Shown: positions 28,020 to 43,029, counted from the first letter of the stretch. The stretch: 64,000 nucleotides of DNA from Tubiluchus corallicola (GCA_030141605.1 JAQGDQ010000978.1:1-64000); one strand, 5' to 3'. Numbers and translations: made by a program. The notes: generated by a model not told the origin, from the letters alone.

Positions 28020-28390
28020 GGAGAGAGAGAGAGAGAGAGAGAGGGAGGGAGAGAGAGAGAAAGAGATGGAGGGAGAGAATGATGACAGAGATGGGGAAGA
28101 AAGCGAGTGAGTGGCTGAGAGGAAGAGGGGGAGAGAGTGAGTGAAAGAAAGAAACAGAGAGAGAAAGATCGAGCAAGAGAGAGAGAGAGAGAACATGTAA
28201 AGTAAGAAGGGAATGAAGAAAAAAGGCATTGGCAGAGGGAAAAAAGAGAACTGGCTCACATGGAAAGAGCAGTACAAAGTCGCCAAGGGAGGGTAAGCAT
28301 AACAGAGAAAGAGGAAGGAGAGAGAGAGGGGGAGGGAGAGAGAGAATGGGAGGGAGGGAGACAGAGGAGAAAGATATACGGAGAGACAGA
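27285..28390. repeat. (GA)n-rich compound microsatellite with internally duplicated interruptions
   Basis: Direct reading. Motifs such as GGGGAAGAAAGCGAGTGAG and GAAAGATCGAGCAAG recur. Confidence 0.95.
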
Positions 28391-31300
28391 GGTAGAGTTA
28401 GGCTAGGCCTAAGGAAAAGTTGAGATAGACATAAGAGAAATAAAGAAAGAGCAAGAAAGAGAGAAAGAGTGGAGAAACCGAAATAGAAGGAAAAAACTTT
28501 AGCAAATATTCACCAATATAGAATACAGTTGGATCTGACCTGATTAGATGCTGACCTTCAATCCTTACTCTGCTAGAGACGGCTCCAAGCACAAAACTCT
28601 TACCTGGTACCTTACACCCTCAAGAAGGCGGAATCTACCTTGTAACATGTTCGACCACCCTGCCTTCAGAGGTCTCCTCTTTTCATGACCTGTGACCTTA
28701 CTCCTCAAGTAGCAGAGTAACTACAATGACAGATTTCGTGTCGTTCGCAAGTCTCAATCGTAAAGTGAAGCCCCTGCAGAAAACTTGGCCTTAAATATTC
28801 GAGAATGGGAGGAGATATTAAACAGCTCTCAATTGTAATTCCCACTATTAATCAACTGAATTTGATAAATCGAAGAAACGAGTTTGACAAAAGTAAAATG
28901 AGCTCCGGCGTCTTTTATGTTGCTTTTAAGCATTAAAATAAATATATTTCATTTTGGGGCTGCAAAACGATGGACACTCAAATGCATTGCTTCTTTATTA
29001 ATATGGCCAAAAAGAAGATAGCATGAAAAAGTTAGAACGTGGCCAGACTTTTCTGCGAAAGGCTTTTTTGACAACCAATTCAAGAGAAACGATTTCGACT
29101 GAAAATAGAAATTGAGTTCTCTAAAGACGACTGAGAAAATTTAATCTATTTCTAGAAAAAATTCATTTTGAAAAAAATAAATAAATGCCTCCAAAAGCCA
29201 TAGTATTTCCAATTGTATACGTTACAGCCATTTTTGCATGGGAATTTGTACTTATGCTTGCCAAAAACAAAATACGCGTAATAATAAACATGGAAGGGTT
29301 ATGACATGCTTCGACAATGGTTCGACATTCTATGACTTATGCTTGCCAAACAAAATAAGCATAACTATAAGCATGAAAGGAATAACGGTTCGACATTTTA
29401 TGACAACAGAATATAATTATAACCAACAATTACATGACCTTGAGTCTGTCCTCGAAAACTTATCATCCGTTTTTCCAAAGTACTTTCGTAGCGGAAACTT
29501 CACCAAGACCATCATAAACAGAACTTCCTACTTGCGAAGTTATTCTGCAATGCTGTCTTCTATTTGGTGATGTTTATTCTTCTGCTGTTGCTGCTGCTGC
29601 TGCTGCTGCAAGTCACCTATCAGACGACTGTCGTCGTGAATTGTACCCTAAAGTGATCAAAGTCAAACAGTTTGCACAAAATGAAATTATTAATAAAGTA
29701 AGTTTTGCGAATTATATATATATTAATTCTTTATTTGTCATTAAAATGGTTCACTCATTATAATAAAATTGAGTAAGCCTCAGCGTAATGTTAAAATAAC
29801 AACACTGTTTAAGACAAATGCGTCCAGTGCATACTAAAAAAACTAAAGTGCAAAACTAAGGCCTAATTACATACAATAAATGAACATATTTACAAACACA
29901 ATATTAAAATATTTTTACAAAACAATATTACAAAAGTACATTAAATTTTACATGACATATTTTACACTATATATACATTTGACATGACACAATTAACAGA
30001 AACATGCTTTACATTACATAAATTTCACTCATTACATTTACACTACTTATACATTTGACATTACAAAACTAACACAACACGTCCATTCTTGTACATCATT
30101 TTAAAGAATACATTGACACAAACAATGACCACTGTCTCACGTGATCTACTAAACACGACTTTTTAAAACTACAGCACCTCTTTTATTCAGTTTTACTAAC
30201 ACACAGACGACCTTTGGCATTTAACACAGCAGAAATTACTTACAAATTTTTGTTAAGGGGTGCGTGACAGGTCGGATGAATAACTTCTTGACCCAACATC
30301 AACTTTTCTACTTCCTCTAATTCGCTGATATCTTCATGTTCCTCTTGTCGTCCTCCTGTTCAACTTTTGGCTGACGCTCGCATACCATGTTCTTCCAGTG
30401 AGGATAGTAGACTGTCTTCTGTGTCTCAATGTCACAGACGTTATTAGATTGTGGATCCATCCAGTGCACTGTAAATTGAAATTAAACTATGGTTTGATTA
30501 TCATATGATCCTTGGTTTGAAGAAACCAAAAAACTTGAAATTTAGTTTTAAGATTTTATTCTGAAGTGTCTGCATAAACAGTGAAGTAGTGTCATGTTGC
30601 AAACAGAAAACCAAGTGACAGAAACTACAGGTTAAATTATTTAGGTGTGAAAACAGGTTTAGAGATTATGCATTCCTACAAGACTATAGAAGCCAATGAA
30701 AATTTAAACAGTAAAGAGAAAGATTTAATAATGTTAACAATAACACCTGAAGGTGGCAGCACTATCCAAAGCTCAAAAAATATGATGACAATACACCTTA
30801 AATTTAAATTTAGAGTAATTAAAATGATTTTCTTCTGTCCAATCCTAATAGCTCATCAGCACGTACATTACTTCTAAATGTTCGCTTACCTTCTTTTCTT
30901 TTGTTCAAAAGTTCCCGGTTCAAATTCAGGGTTCAACCATGATCCTTTTCAAAGTTGCTTTCTTTTGGCCAAAGCTGTTTTTTTATACAGACCGCAAGTA
31001 GAAGTAATTTTCCATTTACTGATCGAGTCTTAATGTTGCCAAACTTTGATCGCTAAGCATATACTGCGATTGTTGAACGTTACATATACTCGTTCCATTT
31101 CAGGCTATGTACCAGAAACATAACTGACACCACATCTGCAAATGCTTTATTTTCAAGACAAATTAAATAATTGTACCATAATGGTTCTCATGAAAAGTAT
31201 AAAAATAAACTTTACTAACGCCGTCGAACAAGAGCAGGCGGGGCAGAATGTTATCAGGGTATCGAAAGGCATTGACCCGGTAGGCCTGTTCTCCCAGAGT

Positions 31301-32386
31301 GACATTTCCACAGTTCCAGTACCTCCCACTACAGCAAAATGTCATCGGGAAACGCCCTAAAAAAGAAAAAAGAAAAACAATTCTAAGCAAAGAAGGAATA
31401 ACAATTTATTACCGAAATTATAGTGATAGATTATAAACAATTTTTATTTTATTTTTATATTACATATGCAGTCCCCATACATGAGGTTTTTCTTTGCACT
31501 GTTTGCAACAGTATTCAGAAGTAAAAAATATTAACTAATAATTATAAAAGTAAAGGCATAATTATCATAATTAATATAAGGCATGATTGTAAAAGCTTGA
31601 TTACAATTAAAAAGGAAATACCATGCAATGTAGCTAACGACTAGCTAACGAAGTTGGTTCCCTGAGTTTCTTGTAACAGTTTAAAATTTCATAATTTGTA
31701 ATGCTTATTTGTACCAGAATTAGATTTGCAGTAGAATAAAAAGTAGATTTGACTGTTTAGTGGATCGACAAACCATGTTATCATTTTTAATGCATTTACT
31801 ACGAAACAATTACGTCAAGAAATGTATTAATTTTAATTAAATGACTTGTACTTACAAAAACCGTTTTCATCTTCTAGAAGCATTCGAAGACTTACTGTGA
31901 ATACGTGTAGTATTGTAATTTACGTTATAAAATCAACTTATTTTAACAGCAGCACCCAAATTACAGCTTACAAACGACTGTGAATTTCTTTCTGCAGCAT
32001 GAATAAAGGCTTCTGTGACCCACATTTAGTGCGAAATTCAAACCTGTAAACCTGAAATTGTTCAAGGTCGGAAACATTCATTCATAAGACTGCAGATGAA
32101 TGCCTGAAGCCCGTGGACAAACCCATTTTGCTTTAAAGGGGTGAAGAAATGATTTTATCAATCCATGAATAGTTTTTAGGAAACGTGGTAAATGGACGTT
32201 CACAATCCATTTCTTTCAAAAGACTGTAGATGAACTGCTGAAGTTTGTGGATGAACTCATTTTGCTTTTGAGGGGAGAGGAAAACTCTTATCAATACATT
32301 AATAAATTTATGAAATGGGTAATAAATGTACCGTCACAAACCAACTTGTCGAAATGGCTAATTATACTTATAAAAAGGGGTAAGAG

Positions 32387-32824
32387 TAGATAGATAGATT
32401 GATAGTTTATTTCTGAAAATCAAATTTCCAACACGAAAATTACTAACTCGACGCATACCCGATGGTTTTATCAGCGGGCAGAGCTCGGGTAATGATTTCC
32501 AGATCATACTAACAATTTGACTCAACATAGCTGCACGAGGTATATACACAGATATACAAATTTAGTTGTAAACTCTATGAAGCGAAAAAAAACTATTAAC
32601 TAAGCATTTGTGCACATGTGATAAACAAATATTTTACCTATATGATAATCACAGTGATGCGGTTATATGTCCGCTAACAAAGCTATACTATTTAATTCAA
32701 AAATCTATGCATACAGTCGTAAATGAAATTTCCAATCGACATTAATTCTCCGTCAAATAAATTTGCAATATTACTATAATTTAACGCGTACGGTGATCTA
32801 TAAAGTGCATTTTCTTGGCACTCG
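32387..32824 (-). mobile_element. Non-LTR retroelement 3' end, copy 2
   Basis: Reverse complement of ~4708-5140, with a short TAGA tail. Confidence 0.65.
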
Positions 32825-33027
32825 TATGGATAGTTAATAATAATCAAAATACCAGGTAAAGCATACCTATTTGAAAGACGGCTGCATTTCTACGTGGTAA
32901 CTGGCAAATGTGAAAAAACTGGGACGTTTCTTCATAGGAACTTCGAGTTTGGTTCAGCCGAAATTTATACCTCTGTAAAATTTTTATGGAAAAACTCAGT
33001 AACTGAATGTTTTAGATGTTTTCGCCA

Positions 33028-33370
33028 GTTTGTGACGAACTACACACGTTCAACAACTCATGCATGAGCACAGCGGTAAATTTGAAAGAATTTTTGTCTA
33101 AAAAGTCGCCTACTTATAGTACAACACACTGAATATCTTACAGTAGCGCTGTACTTCAATTTTCTCTTTTACAAACACGTGCAACACCCTCGTGGAATAT
33201 TTTTGATGTTGAAAATTATGTTAGTTTATGATGTCATCATTAGTTGGGATTGCCTGCCGCTAATTAAGTTTTTAATCTATTATTTAATTATAAGAAACGT
33301 TTTTTCGGTATTAATTATGTTAAAATGTGTACTTTTTATCTGACTTGAAAATGGGATAGTATATGAAAAC
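33028..33370. mobile_element. Family C MITE, partial copy
   Basis: GTTTGTGACGAACTACACACGTTCAAC...ACTTGAAAATGGG is shared with ~23470-23810 and ~53547-53850. Confidence 0.65.
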
Positions 33371-33858
33371 TTTGGTCTGTCCCTGTCACATTCCACAATT
33401 ATTCTGCATTACGTTTTGCATTCAAGTAGCCGAATACTTTTTGTGGGACGCCATGTTAGAAATTTCAAAACCATTTCATTCTGATCATTCATACCGTAAT
33501 TGTTATTAAGAGTCTTATAACCTCAAATTACTAGTGATAATTATAGCATCTACTTACCTTCAAGGCTTGTGCTCAATTAACTCCCCAGACACACAATATC
33601 TGCATTTCTATCACAAAAATATTAAAAACTTTTTTGGCATTTGGGAAAGAAGACGACAGCACGCAAACATTGCTTGAAGTCGCCCAGACAAGTGACGGCT
33701 GTAGAAAACGTGTTCCGGTTTTATACATGCATGGCTTCCGACTCGCCCACTTCCAACACAACGAAAAGTTCACGTTGTTGCTTACAGCGGTTTTTGTTCC
33801 CTTTATAATTTGTACAGGACATTCTGCATTCGCTCTATACTGGGTAATAATTCTAAAC

Positions 33859-34503
33859 TTAAAGTACAAGAAAACCCTTCACAAACATGAAGCTTGAAAA
33901 ATTCGTTTTGAAATTTTATATCGCTTACATACTGCCTTTTTACATGCAGGACATCAATGGGCAGTCACGCTGTATAAAACATGTAAATTTAAACTCCCGC
34001 GATGACCGTTGGACGCAGCCATTTTCACGACAGGTCAATTGAAACAAGTTTAGGTAACATTTTGTAAAGTCTGAAAATATAATTAGAGCATTCGTAGCGC
34101 ACAAGTCACTAACTAAATAAAATTTCAAATTACTGTATCTTGTCAATAAAATTAAAAATACTTTTTTGGTTAGTGAGTGGTGCACCCTGTAGGTAACAAT
34201 TTTCTTTTTTAGTTACATAAGTCTTTCTAGCAGGTAAGCGAAAATGTAAGTAATATAGATTTGCAAGGAAAGTCTTTTGAGACATAATTTAACATTGCTT
34301 TCTCTTCCCTTGATTTACGTTTGGTACATGACGTCATGTAATGGCGACTTCGGAACAGTATTGCGGGAGATTTAAAATGAAAACAAACTAAAATTCCTTT
34401 CAGTGCGAGTAAGAGATACGCATAAAATTGCTATAAAGTAATATTATTTTTTAAAGCGATTTTTCTGAAACTTACTTCGGGTGCCCCTTTTCTTGTCCTT
34501 TAA
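33859..34503. mobile_element. Kolobok-like MITE (family A, copy 2)
   Basis: TTAA-AGTACAAGAAAA ... TTTTCTTGTCCT-TTAA. Matches 1108-1740. Confidence 0.7.
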
Positions 34504-37239
34504 AGCTCGCATTTCGACGCTAACTCTTACGTTGTGTAAGCACACAGAAAATTATCGTCGTTGTATAAACTTACAGATATTTTTCTATTTTGATAATTTC
34601 CAGCATACACAAATATGTGATAATAGTGCTTTATGATAGGAAAACTCTGTCACAAGTTTATTATCTAGGAAAATATCATATTCGTGTATTTATTAGGATA
34701 CGTCTGCATGAATTACAATCACAAATTAGTCAGCAGTATCAATTTTGTGTATTAGACTCAAACTTAGGTGATCTTATTTGTTTTTCTTTTGTTTTGTTTA
34801 TTAATCAGATCCTTTTGTTATTATTTTAATGCATGTATTTTGCAGTTTGATTCAGTTCCCTATTTGAAAGCTTGTTTAAATTTCTGATTGGCTAGCTTAC
34901 TTTTCACTTCATTTAATTTGTTTTTTATTATTTTTTATTTATTATTATTGTTATTATTTTGCATGTTTTTCTCATTTTGAGTTATACATGGACGATATAA
35001 CGAATTTTGATCATTTTTACATTCATTTGTACCACATTATTTGGCTTTTACTTACCATTGCTTTTTCTTCATCATTTTCCTGTATGTTTAGATATCTTTG
35101 ATTGCATTTTCATCCTTCAGGTATTTAAAGTTGATTAGTGAATTTTAAACAGATCAAGTTGCTAAGTAAAATAGTAATAATGTAATTTCACTATTATTCA
35201 TGAGTGAAATAGCTACAGTGTCATCCCAATAATCACATACATCCATTGAAGGATGGCTTGACTAGTTGACCTTCTTGGTCTTTCGCCATCCTATTTCCGT
35301 TGTGATAATTAAGCACATTTACTTGCCTCAGTTATATCATGAATATGGAAATAAATGCACGTTTTGAATTGAATTGAATTGTATGCACATATGCATCGTA
35401 GGTGCTCTCGGTTGAAAGCATTCGTCAAACCAATAGGAGCGAGAGGGAACGGGGGGAGGGAGCAGAAAAACGGAGATGGAAGGAGAAAAGGGAAGCAGTA
35501 AGACGGACAGGTAATGAAGCAGAGACGTATGGAAGAAGATAGATAGAAATGGAGAGACAGGAAGAAGACAGTATGAGAAAGAAAGACAGATAAAGAGAGA
35601 GAGAGAGAGATTGAGTCTTTTGATTTCAAATCAATTTTTTTGTTTTGTTCACTTATTTAAATTCTGTTTCATCTTATTTGCCATTTTTAATTTTAGCTCA
35701 TTTGAACATAGTATCAGAATTTTTGTCAAGTTATTTTTGTTTTCAAACTGTTGATTATTATTTATTTGTGTATATTCACCAGACAGGCCACTTAATTTTC
35801 TTTAAATTTGAGTAAGGTTGGCTGACCTAGTGAGTGTTGGTCTTTTTGCCAGCTAGACTCTTTGCAAATTTAAAGTTTATTAGTTTTTTTTATTTTCATT
35901 TCTTAAAAGTTTTGAGACAAACAAATTACTTACATAAAAAAGACAGAAAGATGATATTAATTTTTGGATGCGAATACTTTCTACAATACAGTTTGAACAA
36001 GATAAAAGAAAATATTGTGAGGAAAGAATACATGAGGTCAATGCTCAAACGACTCAACTTATCTTATTCAATAAGACAGGTAGGGTTTAAAAAGCTTAAA
36101 ACGTTTTATGGTTCCCAAAATCTAGAAGCAGTACAGTCTTAAAAATACTTTCGTTTTGTGTTGTTTGCAGCAGGTTCTGTTCGGCAAAACTCCATCAAGT
36201 ATAAAGATAAAATATTAAAAGTATCTTACATCATGAAAAACACCCTAAATACAATACTAACCGTCTTACGGGAATAAAAATGTTTGAAGAAATTGTTCAG
36301 TCGACCATGCTTTACAGCTCTGAAACATGCGAATAATTATAAATCGTACAGAGTAAATTTGATGACGTGCCAAGCGAAGATGTTAATAACAAATTATGTA
36401 GAGTCCTTTTTAGTTTTAATAAGAAATTTAATAAATTTGACACTGGATTATGAATATCCCATGGATTATTAATTAAATATTGTTTGAGTCTCTGTTTTTA
36501 GTTATTAATGTACAACTGATAGGATGCAGAAACAAGAAACTATTGCAACCATAGTATCTATAGATTAATTCTGCTGGTATGTTATACATATATTTATATA
36601 TATATAAGATTCGAGGCTACAGCTCGGACGACGGCACCATTCGCTTGGAAAACTGCTGACGCAAACCCATTGTTCTGACGTCATCCATTATACTCTGTCT
36701 ATAACTTTAATTCAGTAAAAGCTGCTGCTGCTGGCTTTGCATTATAAATGAGGACTGTGTAGGATGTTCGCGTATTATTGATTATAAGTGTATTTATAAG
36801 CAAATTTTTTGCGGGGGCTTTGTTAGTGTTAGTATTATTGTTATTGTAGAACTATTTATTTTTTGCAATTTGCTGATTATGTTTGTTGTTTGTGTATGAT
36901 TTGTACTGCGTAGTTTCAGTGTTTTTATATTTCACTGTTGAAACTGGCGTAATTGATCTAGTAATTGTTTTGTAACTTATGATACATCTACCTGTTCTAA
37001 GGCAGTAATAAAATAATATGAAATATAAAATATTTTTATCACTGGCGTTAATGACGTTGGTGTTCTGCGCAAAAATTAATTATTACTGTTTTACTGTAAG
37101 TAATTCTATATACTTATTTCAAAGTTTGTTTTGTTAGTAATTTATTGAAAATCATTTTGTTTGTGGATTTGATTCTCCGAAAGGATCTATTCTAACCCTG
37201 TATTTTTCCACGTAACACTTAAATAAACTATTAAATAGC

Positions 37240-37655
37240 CATTTTACACTATGAATTAGGTATCTTTGAAGCAATTCATCCAGTTTATCTAACTGCGTTT
37301 TTATAAACTAAGTGCCATTTCTATGTAAGACAATTTTATAATAGGCCTGCGACTTGGCCGACCGAACAGGCGACTTCTGCCTAACAAACAAGGAAACAAA
37401 TACACTCTTTCTGCCTGAAGATGGAGCCACAGTATTGGAAGAACTGTTTGTAGATGTAAGTGCATAGGCATTGATGTATGTACACGAGCTTTCTTGACCA
37501 AGCCCTGAAGTTAACAGACATTCTTCAATAAAAATTACATATTGATGCAAAATTCAGCTAGAATTTTACTGTGCAAAGTGAAACATACTTAGTGGATGCA
37601 TAAAACGCTATTATAAGCATTTCAGTGGGAAAAAAGACGTCAAAAATCCTTTAGT
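37240..37655. mobile_element. Diverged family B MITE copy
   Basis: Colinear similarity to ~13600-13980; the ends are degraded. Confidence 0.5.
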
Positions 37656-38332
37656 ATTCATGATGCTGGTTTTAAACCCGTTTTTTCCAAATAAATAAGA
37701 AAGCATAAGCAAAGAAATAACAGAAAATAAGTAGGTCAGCTAAGTAAGTAACCCATTAAAGAAGTGACCAAGAAATTGAAAAAGTAAGAAAAGAAGAAAA
37801 ATGGTGAAAATAACAAAGAGGAAAAAGAGAAAGGAGACAGAGAGGTGAAAAGCTCCAGTTGTGATAAAATGAGAGAATGAACAAAAGTGACACCGATGAT
37901 GTTGATCATGGGAATGAACTCATTTGTTAAGTCCACACAAGGGACTCATAAAATTGCTAAATGAAATATTTGCCATGTGACGAATTCTCCAAAACGTGGC
38001 AGTTGATTTTACAACATGTTGTTGCGTTACCATGTAATATCTCCTCGAACTACATTTAATGAAAAATCTACGATTCTATTCCCCAGGTTATCAGCAAATA
38101 TAACTCTTTGAACACGGCCTGCAATTGCGTTCAGCTAATGGTAATTATTGAACAATATAAAAATCGCCGGCAAGAAGCAGTTCATTAAAATTTAATAACA
38201 ACAGCGGAATTTGGAGAAAAACTATTACTTTAGCCACAGGGGAGGGATGGAGCGGAAAGCCATTATAGTTTAATTAGAGTTCCTAGGCTAGAACTGAAGA
38301 ATGGAAAGTCATCTCTAAGAGCTAATGTGTTT

Positions 38333-39130
<798 letters not shown>

Positions 39131-40865
39131 TCTTCTTTCTTCGCCTGTCTTTATGACTTTTCGCGCCGCGCGATCCATACGACACAATTTTGAAAGCTTT
39201 TAAGTAATCTGAGAATGGTGAATAAACGTTGTGACTCGTTCAAAATCTCTTGGCTGCGTGTGTAGGCCATGATTTTGCCTCTCTGTGTAACGTATGTTTG
39301 TTAAAGAGATTCATTTTATTAGTTTGCTATTATATGCTTGTGTTCTGTATAGGCATACGTATAAAATGGCTAAGAAAGTCGGCCAAATTAGATGCCTCAA
39401 TAACAAAGGGTTATAAAGACAAAGAAAACTGAAAAGTGGCGATTCTAACTGACCAATGTCCACGTTTCGTTTTGTACATAATTTCATATACATATTAGAT
39501 ATATAGTAATACATATTAGAAATGTCACTAATTATCATTGGTACTGGCGGTGTTGGAGCGTTAAAGGAATCTTTATTTCCGGTCGTCCGTTTTCCAGAAA
39601 TCAGCAGTGGGTGAAATCCTTGGATTTGGATCCGGCCTGAATAAATTCCCTCAAAACTAGCGCACCGTTGAAAGACTGACCCGGATAGCGGCTCAACTCT
39701 TTGTGCACGAAAATTGCGAGCGATCGGTTTAGCATCTTTTAAGTCATTGCTTTGTCCAGCTCAAGGCCAGTAATTTGACGGACTGTTTGTCCAAAACGCT
39801 GCATCAGCCGGGGGCACATCCACATTAAAGAAAAGAGACGGTTTACTCTCAGTATTTTTCATTAATTTTATTAGTAAATTTGCTACGTTTTCCAAAAAAA
39901 CAAAAACAAAATACGCTGAGAACCTGCAAAGGCAATAGAAGTGTCAAGTGTCCTCCATTATCACGCATCTGGTCGATGTAAAACTGCAATGCGTGGATCC
40001 GCCACCAACTGCAATGCGTGGATCTGCCACTCACTGCAGTGCGTGGATCTGCCACCAAAAACATGTTTGCCCAAAAGCCTATTTTAACACTTGCAACACA
40101 ACACAAACAGGCGTGCGCTAGTTTTGCCTCGGTCGTAAATAATCCGGCCGTCCCAGCAATCTGACCAGCGTCCAGCGTGCTGACCAACATGCTGCAGGCA
40201 GATGATGGAAGAGAGAAGATGCTGTGGAAATATTAGTCGCATTAGTGAATTTCTGGAGCTTAGCGAACATGCTTAAACGCACGAAACGTTTTCCATACTT
40301 ACGTAAACTTGGTAAAATGCTGGAGAGTCCACAAAATTTGTATGAAAATTGAAAGACGACAGATTAAGATAGCCTAAAAACATGAACCTGTTTCAATCAG
40401 ATAGGATTTTGAGAGAGAAAAATGTATGTAATTATGATCATATTATGAAAAGGACCACCGGTCAAATGGTGGACTGAGGACCACTGGTCAAAAGCCTTCC
40501 GTGGAAATGCTGACAGCAACTTGAGCGAATCTGCAACTTTTAATCACGGTTAATATTCTATTTCGTAAAGAATGGTTGATAATTTTTGGCGATAATAATA
40601 TTATAATAATAATCTATTTTGCTATTAATGTACACAAACTGTACTATGCAAGACACATATGCATAAAATATATTTAAATAATTTTAATATTTCAATGATT
40701 TTAAATAAAAATCATTTATAATAATGATTGATAAATGTCTTATATGATTTTATTCCATTTTTATTTAAAATTAATTTCGTACATTAAAAAAAGTCCAAAA
40801 AGTTGAAACACTCAGCTGTAAACAAGACTAACAAATAAGAGATACACCAGATCAACAGATGAAAA

Positions 40866-41219
40866 AGTAACTAGATGCTTTAAAAAGTGTGACGCCATGT
40901 TTATAGGTAACGTACTCTAATTCTCAATGTCATTGAAGGCAGGTACAGCCACCCTATAACCGAGGTGTAACACGTGGTTCTGGGGTTCTATAGTGTTAGA
41001 TAATTTTACTACTAGAATCCTGAAGTCGGGGTAAGACTTTGTAAAGTAACTAGATACTTTAAAAAGTGTGACGCCATGTTTATAGGCAACGTACTCTAAT
41101 TCTCAATGTCATGGAAGGCAGGTACAGCCACCCTATAAACGAGGTGTAACACGTGGTTCTGGGGTTCTATAGTGTTAGATAATTTTACTACTAGAATCAT
41201 GGAGTCGGGGTAAGGCTTT
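40866..41219. repeat. Tandem duplication, 2 x 179 bp
   Basis: AGTAACTAGAT... starts at 40866 and again at 41045; the copies are nearly identical. Confidence 0.92.
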
Positions 41220-41676
41220 ATTGTTTCATACGGGAGCACGCGAAACCCGAGCCTAGGAGTTGTTTTTATTGAGTTGGCTTGAGGAGTAGAGGTTTTTCGG
41301 GAGTTATTAATATGAAAACATCGTTTGTAACAGATACTGACTGCTTAATTAACTGACTAATTGTCGTAGATGGTTTTTCGTCGGTTTGATATTATTCAAA
41401 CTGCAGCTCGCTTCGGATATCTGAACAGAAGACAAGTCATTACGTTTGTCGTAACAGGGAAATGTTTTAATGAGGACAAGAAATGCTTGATCTCAATTAG
41501 CATATATCAGTGACAGTTTCTGAAGTAATGTAGCTACACAATTGCAATCAAAATTTCACACAGGTGTGCCGTTCTTGTTATAAAAACAAACTTAGCCGTG
41601 TACTGTAGATGTCTTTCTCGTTGGGGTAACACATTGGCTTTAACCGACTACTGCTTGTTGCCCAATGTTAATACAA

Positions 41677-42102
41677 TTAACCCTTTCAGTCCCAAATTAT
41701 TTTTTTAATAAGAAAACATTTTTTGGCTTGGTACTTTTGTTCAGTATGTCTATCTTGTTTACACATAATAATTATTTTTTTCTACCTGTGCCCGTGTGCT
41801 AATGGTTGGTAAACATGATAAAAAGCAAATGCTCATAATTTTTTAAAGTATTTAAGACATTTAGTAAGTGTGCTATGCTGATCTGTACAAAGTCGTCTCT
41901 AAAGTACTGTACCTTATACAGTTTTTTGTGCTATGTAGATTTTTTAGTTTGCCATTTTATCACTATTTTAGTCTATTGTAATTGGCATAAATCAAAATAA
42001 CTATTAACAGATCAAATAACTCTCAGTTTTAAAATTTTATTAATTTTAAAGGCAGAGGATATTCTCGTATCCCATGGGATACAATGGGTATGAAAGGGTT
42101 AA
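41677..42102 (+). mobile_element. piggyBac-like MITE, copy 1
   Basis: TTAA-CCCTTTCAGTCCC ... GGGTATGAAAGGG-TTAA. Homologous to 51161-51626. Confidence 0.85.
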
Positions 42103-42471
42103 TGATAAAGACTTGGTTATCTTCCTTGACGTCACTATTTTAGTATGAGTATTTCTTTGTTACAAGTGCATAAAAATAGTCATTATTGACCTTATAAAAT
42201 AGTTTAAAAAATGAACATGACAAAATAAATAATGTGGAAGTTACAATTTCTGTAAAAAATACTAATACTGTCACAGCAGAGAGCAAAAGAGTGTGAAATG
42301 ATTTTTTGCTGATCTTTTGTGTTGTCTTGTGCTTTATGTTGTCCTTTGTCTGACGCTTCTTTAGCCAATAATTCTTTGAGTGGTGGTACTCTGTCTGGTG
42401 CTCCTATGCCCGGTGGTCCTTTGACTGAGACCTTTGACCTACGTCCTATCGTACGTGGGCAATTTATAGTA

Positions 42472-42553
42472 TTAAAGTGGCTATAGTGAAGCTTTCAACT
42501 GCTTTTATTACGCACAATCTGATATTTTTCTTATTTAAATATAGCCACCTTAA
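42472..42553. mobile_element. 82-bp TTAA-flanked mini-element (Kolobok-like)
   Basis: TTAAAGTGGCTATA ... TATAGCCACCTTAA (13/14 inverted match). Confidence 0.5.
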
Positions 42554-43029
42554 CATATTTATTGTATTGTTAACAAGTTGTGTTGTTGTCTACCAGTGAA
42601 TTTTGTCTGTGAAATTAGTTTGTGTGATCTTATTTTAAGAGGTTACAGATTAATTTGAGAACTATTGAGTCTGTGTCTTTGTTTTTAGTTCTTTCTAGTA
42701 CATTGTACAGGAAATCACAGTGTGTGCTTTGTGACTAAAGTTAAGGAATGCCGAGCCTGGTCAGTAAGTAGATGTGTGACCATCAAGAAAGCTATTTTGA
42801 ACAGTTTGCCCTGTCTCTAACTGTTTCTCTCGTTGACGGAGGACATAAAAATCTCCGTCAATTTAGTGTTTCAACTTGGAGGTTATTCTTCGCAATGAGC
42901 GAAGTTTTGGTCCCGCCACACCGTGAACATCAACTAGGCTGTGACACTAAATACTGGTATGTAGAGTGCCGACTTGTATAAGAATGTCTAGTGGCTTATA
43001 GTATAAATATCTGAATCTGAAAAATCATG

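Larger units (their letters stand above)
25740..31356 (-). pseudogene. Decayed multi-exon locus with THAP-like N-terminus (pseudogene or spliced lncRNA)
   Basis: Seven GC-richer blocks bounded by minus-strand AG/GT sites: 31356-31220, 31135-30890, 30468-30244, 29647-~29439, 28773-28604, 26903-26736, 25842-25740. The first two splice to MTFCCSGRYWNCGN...FRYP...|MWCQLC...*NGTSICNVQ (THAP-like C-C, FxxP, WxxxC, ICxx). Stops occur in all frames. Confidence 0.4.

Noticed and set aside
27222-28423. ER-rich and SL-rich ORFs
   Set aside because: (GA)n microsatellite translations; the same applies to 38325-39203, 44389-44580 and 55473-55828.
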